24,000 nucleotides of DNA from contig CAZBWW010000013.1 of NCBI GenBank assembly GCA_964496005.1, forward strand, positions 4,099-28,098. The letters run 5' to 3'. The DNA comes from an uncultured Candidatus Saccharibacteria bacterium. GTDB taxonomy: Bacteria; Patescibacteriota; WWE3; UBA101185; UBA10185. The notes under the pieces are model-generated. The model had not been told where the DNA came from. It searched no databases and was given only the letters and a program-made list of their open reading frames with translations. A program made the position numbers and the translations under genes. Below are positions 17,806 through 24,000 of this stretch, one piece after another; position 1 is the first letter of the stretch, and every line of letters starts with the position of its first letter.

Positions 17806-17918
17806 GTTTAAGATACAAAATCTTGTTTTTAGTCTTAGTATTAGTAGCAATTATTATTACTGTTGGGCTTGTGTACCGCGCCTATACCACTGATTTATTA
17901 TTAGCAGGTTTGGTCTAA
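17802..17918 (+). CDS. Unannotated 38-codon single-TM micro-ORF (MSLRYKILFLVLVLVAIIITVGLVYRAYTTDLLLAGLV)
   Basis: Not in the ORF track because of its length. Its ATG at 17802 overlaps the adenosyltransferase TGA (17803-17805) as ATGA. SD-like AAAGGGA lies at 17791-17797. It has one clear hydrophobic helix flanked by R/K and R. I checked the translation codon by codon. Confidence 0.4.
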   Translation: MSLRYKILFLVLVLVAIIITVGLVYRAYTTDLLLAGLV

Positions 17919-17922
17919 ATAG

Positions 17923-17951
17923 TTCATTTTTTATACCGTCTGATATATAAT
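17923..17951 (+). promoter_or_regulatory. Candidate sigma70-type promoter of the ileS leader (TTCATT, 17-nt spacer, TATAAT)
   Basis: A perfect TATAAT lies at 17946-17951. TTCATT at 17923-17928 gives a 17-nt spacer. An alternative reading is TGaTATATA at 17941-17949. Confidence 0.4.
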
Positions 17952-17961
17952 CTAAAAATAT

Positions 17962-18000
17962 ATGGCAAGCAAGAAATTAACAGTAATAATTATTGGTTAG
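17962..18000 (+). CDS. Candidate 12-codon leader peptide MASKKLTVIIIG with three consecutive Ile codons
   Basis: ATG at 17962 is 10 nt downstream of the TATAAT. Codons are GTA ATA ATT ATT (17983-17994), then GGT and TAG (17998-18000). A hairpin and an intrinsic terminator lie immediately downstream, with ileS 105 nt after the stop. Confidence 0.35.
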   Translation: MASKKLTVIIIG

Positions 18001-18003
18001 ATA

Positions 18004-18025
18004 GCGGGGTTGGTGAACTCTCCGC
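18004..18025 (+). promoter_or_regulatory. GC-rich leader hairpin (GCGGGG / CUCCGC, 10-nt loop UUGGUGAACU)
   Basis: Pairs are 18004-18025, 18005-18024, 18006-18023, 18007-18022, 18008-18021 (G-U) and 18009-18020. It can be extended by GGUUAG (17995-18000) pairing with CUAA-(G)-CC (18027-18033), which overlaps the 5' arm of the terminator. Confidence 0.45.
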
Positions 18026-18028
18026 GCT

Positions 18029-18052
18029 AAGCCCTTTTGTAAGGGCTTTTTT
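18029..18052 (+). terminator. Rho-independent terminator or attenuator
   Basis: AAGCCCTT (18029-18036) pairs perfectly with AAGGGCTT (18041-18048). The loop is TTGT. The T run continues to 18052, giving six consecutive T from 18047. It lies 52 nt upstream of the ileS ATG. Confidence 0.8.
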
Positions 18053-18104
18053 AATACAGAATTGCTTCTTGTAAAAGTTACAAAGGATTAATAATAAAGG
18101 CAAA

Positions 18105-20975
18105 ATGACGAAAAAATTTAAAGAACTACAAACAGTGCCGGACTTTCCTGCCATGGAAAGAGACATAATAAAGTATTGGGAAAGCCTAGACATTGTACAG
18201 CTGTTGAAAAAGGCCAGAGCAGGTAGTGAGGAAAAAGTTTATTATGATGGGCCAATTACTGCAAATAACATGCCACACTATGGTCACACTGTTCAGTGGA
18301 CGATTAAAGATCTTGTTCCCCGCTATTGGAGTATGAAGAATTATTTTGTTTCCCGCAATATGGGGTGGGACTGCCAAGGTATACCGGTTGAATACGAAGT
18401 CGAAAAAGAGCTAAAGTTTGAAAAAAAGGAAGATATTGAAGCATTCGGGATAGCTAAATTTAACGAGTTGTGCAGAAAATCAGTCGAAAAGTACAAAGAT
18501 TCTATTTTTCATTATGAAACCAGACTCGGTAGGTGGTTTGATGTAACCGATATGTATTCCACAATGGATAAAGATTATATCGAAAGTATGTGGTGGTCGC
18601 TCAAAGAATTGTATAAAAAAGACTTGTTGTATGAAGGACACAAAGTAGTCGCATACTCAACCCGTGCTGGTACAACGCTATCTACTCATGAGGTAAATGC
18701 CGGCGGCTATGCGGATATTGAAGATCCTTATGTAACCGTCAAGTTTAAGATTTTAGCACCGGATTTTGCCGGCACCTTCTTTTTGGCGTGGACTACTACT
18801 CCATGGACAATGCCGGGAAACTTGCTGCTAGCTGTTGGAAAAGATATTACTTATGCTTTGGTTGAGGCAAATTCCGAAAAGTATATTTTGGCAAAAGAAG
18901 TAGTAGACACCGTTTTTAAAGAACAAAAGTACAAGATCCTAAAAGAGTATTCGGCTGAAGAATTAGTAGGGTTGGACTATAGCCCGCCGTTTACCTATTT
19001 TGCGGACAAAAAGAATGAGGGGTGTTTTAAAGTTGTAGCCGGAGAACATGTAACTACAGAAGAAGGTACGGGTATTGTGCATTTAGCCCCTTACGGTGCG
19101 GAGGATTTTGAAATTTTTATGAATTTAGGCATTAGCCTGTTTGACTATTTAGATGACACTGCACATTTTACAGAGTTAGTGCCGGAGTATGAAGGAGAAT
19201 TTTATTTAACAGCAAACGAAAAAATTATTTCAGTATTAGCTGAAAAGGAAGTGTTGTTTAACACGGGTAAAATAGTACATCGCATGCCGATGTGTTGGCG
19301 AACTGACACACCTTTAATTTATAAACCGATAAAAAGCTGGTATGTGGCAGTAACCAAAATAAAAGCTAAAATGGTGGCGGAAAACGCCCGGATTAAGTGG
19401 ATGCCGGAACATGTTGGTAAAGGACGTGCAGGTGAATGGATAGCAAACGCTAAAGATTGGGCACTTAGCCGAAGCAGGTATTGGGGTACGCCGTTGCCGG
19501 TATGGGTTAACGACAAAACGAACGAGAAAGTGTTTATTGGCTCATTTCAGGAATTAAAAGAATTGGCAGGTGTTGAGCTTGAAGATCCTCACCGGCCATT
19601 TGTAGATGAAATTACCTGGGAAGATAAAAAGAACGGCGGCACATTCAAAAGAGTAAAAGATGTTATTGATGTGTGGTACGACTCAGGGTCAATGCCATTT
19701 GCACAACTTCATTATCCGTTCGAAGGTCAGGAACTATTTGACCAAAAAGTACCGGCGGATTTTGTGTGTGAAATGCATGAACAAGCCAGGTTGTGGTTTT
19801 ATACCATGCTGGTGATTAACGTCGCGCTTTTTGATAAAGTGCCGTATGAGAATGTGGTAGCGCACGGGGTAATGCTGGATAAAGACGGGAAAAAACTAAG
19901 TAAAAGTAAGCGGAATTTTCCGCCAATGGATGATGTACTAGACCAGTTCGGCGGTGATATCCTTAGATACTTTATCTTAAATTCACCTATAGTACAGGCC
20001 GAAGGTGCTAGGTTTCACAACGAAGTTTTAGATGAAGCCAGAAAAGAGTTTTTTATTCCTTTGTGGAATTGTGTGAAATATTTTAGTACTTTTGCAAATC
20101 TCCATAATTTTGTGCCAACAGGCAAAAAACCCGCAGTCGAAAACGTATTGGACAAATGGATACTAGCAAGATTGCAGCAAACTGTTAATGTAATGACCGA
20201 AAATTTGGACGTATATAATATTTTACCTGCCACTAGAGAGGTCAGACCGTTTATAGATGATTTATCTGCGTGGTATATAAGACGTTCTCGGGATCGAATA
20301 AGCAGTGGGGAACCAGAGGCTTTGCAGACCTTACATTATGTGTTAGCTGATTTTACGAGATTATTAGCTCCGTTACTGCCGTTTGTGTCCGAAACATTAT
20401 ATGAGAACCTTGGGTTAAGAGAATTGACTGGTTTGGTATCTGTACACTTAGATTTTTACCCCGAACCAAACGAACTTACGCCCGAACAAGTGGAAATTCT
20501 AGCCAATATGGCGCAAGATCGGGAGACCATCTCACTCGCACTGTCGATACGGGTAAGTACCGGAATAGGTGTTAGGCAGCCGCTAGACGTGTGCGCGACT
20601 GCAAATAAAGTTTACTCCAAGAGACTTATTATGGATGAGGTAAACGTTAAAAGTGTGGTAGCGGAAATTTCGCTGTCTGACTTTATAAAAGAAAATGCTG
20701 CGCAAAAACCCATCACTGATGCTAGTCAAACAGTGGCGCTGACAACCGAGTTATCGGAAGATCTTTTGGTAGAGGGTGCAGCTAGAAATTTAATTAGAAA
20801 AATTCAGGGGCTGCGCAAAAAACAGGGGTTAAATGTTGAGGATTCAATAGAAGTTGTATATGTTTCAGATGACCTTACCGAAAAGGCAATTAAGCTGTTT
20901 GAAACAGATATTAAAACAACAACTAATGCCACTAACTTAACTGCAGGTACAGAATTTAAAATAGAGCCTAAGTAG
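18105..20975 (+). CDS. ileS: Isoleucyl-tRNA synthetase, type 2 (eukaryote/archaeal-like)
   Basis: HIGH motif PHYGH, GWDCQGIPVE, editing-domain TTPWTMPGN. The KMSKS motif appears as GKKLSKSKRNFPP, the type-2 pattern. There is no C-terminal Cys4 zinc module. Length is 956 aa. Confidence 0.97.
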   Translation: MTKKFKELQTVPDFPAMERDIIKYWESLDIVQLLKKARAGSEEKVYYDGPITANNMPHYGHTVQWTIKDLVPRYWSMKNYFVSRNMGWDCQGIPVEYEVEKELKFEKKEDIEAFGIAKFNELCRKSVEKYKDSIFHYETRLGRWFDVTDMYSTMDKDYIESMWWSLKELYKKDLLYEGHKVVAYSTRAGTTLSTHEVNAGGYADIEDPYVTVKFKILAPDFAGTFFLAWTTTPWTMPGNLLLAVGKDITYALVEANSEKYILAKEVVDTVFKEQKYKILKEYSAEELVGLDYSPPFTYFADKKNEGCFKVVAGEHVTTEEGTGIVHLAPYGAEDFEIFMNLGISLFDYLDDTAHFTELVPEYEGEFYLTANEKIISVLAEKEVLFNTGKIVHRMPMCWRTDTPLIYKPIKSWYVAVTKIKAKMVAENARIKWMPEHVGKGRAGEWIANAKDWALSRSRYWGTPLPVWVNDKTNEKVFIGSFQELKELAGVELEDPHRPFVDEITWEDKKNGGTFKRVKDVIDVWYDSGSMPFAQLHYPFEGQELFDQKVPADFVCEMHEQARLWFYTMLVINVALFDKVPYENVVAHGVMLDKDGKKLSKSKRNFPPMDDVLDQFGGDILRYFILNSPIVQAEGARFHNEVLDEARKEFFIPLWNCVKYFSTFANLHNFVPTGKKPAVENVLDKWILARLQQTVNVMTENLDVYNILPATREVRPFIDDLSAWYIRRSRDRISSGEPEALQTLHYVLADFTRLLAPLLPFVSETLYENLGLRELTGLVSVHLDFYPEPNELTPEQVEILANMAQDRETISLALSIRVSTGIGVRQPLDVCATANKVYSKRLIMDEVNVKSVVAEISLSDFIKENAAQKPITDASQTVALTTELSEDLLVEGAARNLIRKIQGLRKKQGLNVEDSIEVVYVSDDLTEKAIKLFETDIKTTTNATNLTAGTEFKIEPK

Positions 20976-21007
20976 GCTTTTCCAGACTTCCACAAACGCC
21001 CAAAACT

Positions 21008-21016
21008 TGGTATATT
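21008..21016 (+). promoter_or_regulatory. Extended -10 element TGgTATATT, 7 nt upstream of the ATG at 21024
   Basis: TG at 21008-21009, g at 21010, TATATT at 21011-21016. The spacer ttaaggt is followed by the ATG. Confidence 0.35.
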
Positions 21017-21023
21017 TTAAGGT

Positions 21024-22388
21024 ATGGATTTGGTTGTATCTATAAATGAGAATAAGCTAAAGCTAAGTGTTAATACAAAAGATGGATTTAAAGCATTAAC
21101 AGGAGACTTACCACCGGAAGCGGTTGACGATTCCAGTATAAAAGATACCAACACAGTTGCGCAGGAATTATCAAGATTAATAGCTCAACTCCCAAACATA
21201 AATAAGAAACAGTTGCAGGCGGTTTTTTTGGTAGAGCCGCGGGAATCACTTTTGTTGTTTGTAACTATTGGTAAAACCGATGATGCCAACAGTGATGAGC
21301 ATGTAATTGCCGAGATTCGCTCCAAATTGGAAAATGTAAAACTTGAAGACTTGTATTTTTCCTATCAAAAGATTGCTCCTTTTGTGTATCAATTTGTGTG
21401 TGTGAGAAAAGAGATACTCGACAGTTATTTACAGATTGCGACTACTGCCGAGGTATCACTTAAAGCAGTTGTTCCGTGGGTGCTGTTATTACCTAAATTT
21501 TTGGAAAGCAATGATCCGGCTATCTTTATTATTCGTACCAAGGATCGGCAGAGTGTCGCACTTGCTGAATTAAACGGAATTTACTATTGTGAGGATTTTG
21601 AGCTTAACCGCAACCCAAAAGAAATACTTGGTTTGATCCAGAAATTATCAGTTTATAAAAGAGCTGAACCGATTCACAAAGTATTTACAGTCATTGACAA
21701 TGATTTACAAATGGGAGATGGATTTGATGTAAGTCCACTTATAGAATTATCTGATGATTTTAAACAAGCTGCCGGATATGAAGTACATTTATTAACAGAT
21801 GACGTATTGGCAAATTATCCTGATTACTTACTTACACAAGTTAATTTGCTAAATCTATTACCTGTACCCGTTGTCCAAAAAAGCGCAAAGCCTATGGTTT
21901 ATGCCGGTGTGGCTGCAGGATTACTGTTGTTAGCGTTAGCCGGATTTGCGGCATTTTCGTACTATTCCGGTCAGGGAAGTACAGAAGGCGAACTTGCTCT
22001 TGAAGGGGAAAGCTCACCTACAGTTTTAAGCGAAAATGAGACCGCTGAAAGTACTGAAACCGAAGGAACTCAAGAAGAAGAATCGGACGAAAACAACCCT
22101 GAACTCGATAAAACCGAATTAGTGATTCGCATAGAAAACGGGGCAGGAATACCTGGAATCGCGGGCGAAGCTCAAACGTTTTTAGAGGAAAAGGGCTATA
22201 CAATTTTGGATGTGGGTAATGCGGATGAACAGGATAGGCAGGATACAATGCTTAAATTTAAAGATACTAAACTTGGGTATAAGGATCTGCTTGTTAAAGA
22301 TATGGAAGAAAGCTATGAGCTTGTGGTTGAGCAGGGGTTAGGTGAGGAGTTAGAGTACGATGTATTAATAGTGATCGGAGCTAACTAG
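21024..22388 (+). CDS. Bitopic membrane protein: PilM-like N-terminal domain, PilN-like NLLP motif plus TM helix, acidic linker, C-terminal LytR_C domain
   Basis: The N-terminus follows the PilM sequence pattern (LVVSINENKLKL.., DLPPEAVDDSSIKDTNTVAQELSRLI, QAVFLVEPRESLLLFVTIG) but lacks the DxG phosphate motif. VNLLNLLP lies at residues 273-280, followed by the TM helix MVYAGVAAGLLLLALAGFAAFSYY. An E/T/S-rich linker follows. The LytR_C-like domain reads ELVIRIENGAGIPGIAGEAQTFLEEKGYTILDVGNAD. Confidence 0.6.
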   Translation: MDLVVSINENKLKLSVNTKDGFKALTGDLPPEAVDDSSIKDTNTVAQELSRLIAQLPNINKKQLQAVFLVEPRESLLLFVTIGKTDDANSDEHVIAEIRSKLENVKLEDLYFSYQKIAPFVYQFVCVRKEILDSYLQIATTAEVSLKAVVPWVLLLPKFLESNDPAIFIIRTKDRQSVALAELNGIYYCEDFELNRNPKEILGLIQKLSVYKRAEPIHKVFTVIDNDLQMGDGFDVSPLIELSDDFKQAAGYEVHLLTDDVLANYPDYLLTQVNLLNLLPVPVVQKSAKPMVYAGVAAGLLLLALAGFAAFSYYSGQGSTEGELALEGESSPTVLSENETAESTETEGTQEEESDENNPELDKTELVIRIENGAGIPGIAGEAQTFLEEKGYTILDVGNADEQDRQDTMLKFKDTKLGYKDLLVKDMEESYELVVEQGLGEELEYDVLIVIGAN

Positions 22389-22389
22389 T

Positions 22390-22707
22390 ATGTCGGCAAA
22401 AAACTCTTTTCTGTGTTTAAAATGCGGGAAGAATGTGCTGGAAATAGCACCCGGTACAAAAAACCGCAACCATTGTCCGCACTGTCTATATTCTCTACAT
22501 GTTGACATTGATGTAGGTGATAGATTAGCCACTTGTAAAGGCTTGATGAAACCTATAGGAAAAATATTGAAAAAAGATGGCGAAGAAAGCCTAATCCACA
22601 AATGCGAAAAATGCCTGAAAATAAGCAAAAATCGAATTGCGGGAGACGACAGTGTTCGGTTGGTGGCTGATTTAAAGCTAGTTGATGACCTCAAAGATAC
22701 AGGTTGA
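22390..22707 (+). CDS. RNHCP domain-containing zinc-ribbon protein
   Basis: FLCLKCGKNV..GTKNRNHCPHCLYSLHVD contains the eponymous RNHCP motif and paired CxxC motifs, with a further CEKC. Its ATG follows the upstream TAG after a single nucleotide. Confidence 0.8.
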   Translation: MSAKNSFLCLKCGKNVLEIAPGTKNRNHCPHCLYSLHVDIDVGDRLATCKGLMKPIGKILKKDGEESLIHKCEKCLKISKNRIAGDDSVRLVADLKLVDDLKDTG

Positions 22708-22732
22708 TATGTATAAGTTGTTGTTGTAATAT
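22704..22732 (+). promoter_or_regulatory. Candidate strong promoter for rplU-rpmA (TTGATA, 17-nt spacer, TAATAT)
   Basis: TTGATA at 22704-22709, a 17-nt spacer, then TAATAT at 22727-22732. The rplU ATG lies 10 nt further on. The same bases form a 9-bp inverted repeat (22704-22712 with 22729-22737). Confidence 0.5.
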
Positions 22733-22742
22733 ATCAAGGCTT

Positions 22743-23171
22743 ATGAAATACGCAATTATCCAGCTTGGCGGTAAGCAGATGAAAGTCTCTGAAGGAGATA
22801 TATTTGAAATTGAACGCCAGGAAAAACTAAATATAGCTGTTTTATTATTCTCCGAAAACGGCACGGTGCAGATTGGCGAACCGATTTTGGCCGATATTGA
22901 AGTTACGGCTAAGGTAGTTGAGGATAAAATGGATAAAAAGGTTAGAATTGCCAGGTATAAATCAAAATCCAGATATAGGAAGAAGAAAGGGCACCGTCAA
23001 CCTATAAGTGTAGTTAAAATTGAAAAAATCGGCAAAAAAGGCGCGAGCAAGGACGCTAAGGTCGAGGCTGTTGCAAAGGCTAAACCATCAGCCAAAAAAA
23101 CTACTCCAAAAGCAAAAGAAAATACAGCGAAAGTAAAACCTACGGCTAAAAAAAAGGAGGCAAAAGGATAA
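22743..23171 (+). CDS. rplU: 50S ribosomal protein L21 with a Lys/Ala/Pro-rich C-terminal extension
   Basis: I chose the ATG at 22743 (MKYAIIQLGGKQMKV, the canonical L21 N-terminus) over the track's TTG at 22704. The core ends near VVKIEKI and is followed by about 45 basic residues. Confidence 0.9.
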   Translation: MKYAIIQLGGKQMKVSEGDIFEIERQEKLNIAVLLFSENGTVQIGEPILADIEVTAKVVEDKMDKKVRIARYKSKSRYRKKKGHRQPISVVKIEKIGKKGASKDAKVEAVAKAKPSAKKTTPKAKENTAKVKPTAKKKEAKG

Positions 23172-23174
23172 CAT

Positions 23175-23444
23175 ATGGCACATAAAAAGGCCGGCGGCGC
23201 TAAAGCACGCCAACGAGGAAATGTAAGCGGAAAAAGACTTGGGTTAAAAGTATTTGGTGGAGGTGTTGTAAAACCAGGTCAAATAATTGTGCGGCAGCGT
23301 GGTCGTACTTTTGTACCTGGTAATAATGTTGATATGGGTAAGGACTTTACAATTTTTGCTAAAGTTGCGGGTGTTGTTGAATTTAAGAATCACACAAAAA
23401 GGCAAAAGAAGATTAATGTTATTGAAACTACTGCACCGAAATAA
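23175..23444 (+). CDS. rpmA: 50S ribosomal protein L27
   Basis: [55 protein letters not shown]. There is no N-terminal propeptide. SD-like AAAGGA sits 7 nt upstream. Confidence 0.95.
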   Translation: MAHKKAGGAKARQRGNVSGKRLGLKVFGGGVVKPGQIIVRQRGRTFVPGNNVDMGKDFTIFAKVAGVVEFKNHTKRQKKINVIETTAPK

Positions 23445-23982
23445 GCCTGAAATTTTCCCACGGGTGGTAAACTAAAAAAGCTCTGCCAACAAGTAAATCT
23501 CTAGTAATAGTCCCAAAAGTACGGGAATCACTGCTATTTTCGCGGTTATCCCCCATCATAACAAACGAGTTGGCCGGAATAGTAAACTCTTCACCCTCTT
23601 TAATAGCTTTCTTGCCTACGGTTGCGGTTCCGGCTTGTAGATATGGTTCAACTAACAACTCACCGTTAATGTAAACCAGCCCATCTTTAAGTTCTAACTG
23701 TTCATTGGGTAAACCTACAATCCGCTTAATTAACAGCACATCATTTTTATCAGGACTTCTAAATACGACAATTTCGCCCCGTTTTGGCTCTTCGAAGTTT
23801 ATAGAGATTTTCTCGGCAATAAGCTGTTCTTTATCTAGTAACGTGGGTACCATAGATTTACCCGTTACTTCCAGCGGTTCAGCTAAAAAAAACCACAAAA
23901 GTGCGAAGATGCCAACAGCAACAACCAGTAACTCAAAAAAATCAGCTAATATTTGCGAATACTTTTTTTGTACTTTCGGCAT
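23428..23982 (-). CDS. lepB: Signal peptidase I
   Basis: N-terminal TM helix. Ser box [17 protein letters not shown], Lys box [20 protein letters not shown]. Its 3' end overlaps the rpmA 3' end by 17 nt (convergent). Confidence 0.9.
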   Translation of the reverse strand: MPKVQKKYSQILADFFELLVVAVGIFALLWFFLAEPLEVTGKSMVPTLLDKEQLIAEKISINFEEPKRGEIVVFRSPDKNDVLLIKRIVGLPNEQLELKDGLVYINGELLVEPYLQAGTATVGKKAIKEGEEFTIPANSFVMMGDNRENSSDSRTFGTITRDLLVGRAFLVYHPWENFRLISVQ

Positions 23983-24000
23983 AAATGTACATAAGTATAC

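Noticed and set aside
17990-18056. Possible T-box riboswitch before ileS. GGGGUUGGUGAACUCUCCGCG loosely resembles the T-box core GGGUGGNACCGCG, it contains UGGU that could pair with an ACCA tRNA end, and a terminator follows.
   Set aside because: The match needs about 6 inserted nucleotides. I could not build the canonical antiterminator with its 7-nt bulge. No Stem I, K-turn, specifier loop or AG-bulge elements are present. The whole spacer up to the terminator (about 135 nt) is short for a canonical T-box leader of roughly 200-300 nt. A covariance-model scan would settle it.
22704-22742. ORF-track N-terminal extension of rplU (MICISCCCNISRL..., TTG start at 22704).
   Set aside because: The canonical L21 N-terminus MKYAIIQLGGKQ begins at the ATG at 22743. 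The extension is Cys-rich nonsense and coincides with the promoter-like TTGATA, 17-nt spacer, TAATAT element.
1-24000. Alternative genetic code (UGA recoding), CRISPR arrays, tRNA/rRNA genes, IS elements, integrases, toxin-antitoxin or defence systems.
   Set aside because: TGA terminates well-defined genes at the expected protein ends (7733-7735, 17803-17805, 22705-22707). I found no spaced repeat arrays, cloverleaf-capable spacers, terminal inverted repeats or transposase/integrase-like ORFs. Every ORF longer than 100 aa is explained by a housekeeping assignment or is a shadow ORF.
23983-24000. AAATGTACAT upstream of lepB shares the AAATGTAC half-site with the ftsA-ftsZ inverted repeat.
   Set aside because: A shared 8-mer between two sites in 24 kb is expected many times over by chance. 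The window ends here, so the context cannot be evaluated.

Overview
Gene-dense, AT-rich bacterial chromosomal segment. By my count only about 0.9 kb of 24 kb lies outside ORFs. The standard genetic code applies, with TGA used as a stop. Content is almost entirely housekeeping. In order: the 3' half of uvrA; an oppositely oriented secreted, membrane-anchored transglutaminase-like protein; a short uvrC; a 4-TM protein; secG; murA; an M42-like metallopeptidase homolog; a reduced division/cell-wall cluster (mraY-ftsW-murG-ftsQ-ftsA-ftsZ); class II (B12-dependent) ribonucleotide reductase nrdJ with a PduO-type adenosyltransferase; type-2 ileS; a PilM/PilN-like protein fused to a LytR_C domain; an RNHCP zinc-ribbon protein; rplU-rpmA; and a convergent lepB. 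The divergent protein sequences, gene overlaps and streamlined cluster content fit a small-genome lineage such as CPR/Patescibacteria, but that is inference only. I saw no rRNA, tRNA, CRISPR array, transposase or recognisable defence genes, and no convincing novel multi-gene system. The most interesting unannotated signal lies directly upstream of ileS: a promoter, a 12-codon Val-Ile-Ile-Ile leader ORF, a hairpin and an intrinsic terminator. This is a candidate leader-peptide attenuator rather than a T-box. Secondary leads are: -10 elements only 6-10 nt from start codons (possible leaderless mRNAs); an M42-like protein translationally coupled to mraY; a ~45-aa insertion in MraY; 19-bp tandem repeats upstream of ftsW; a 38-codon membrane micro-ORF overlapping the adenosyltransferase stop; a 149-nt convergent uvrA/transglutaminase overlap; and a UvrC lacking the (HhH)2 domain.
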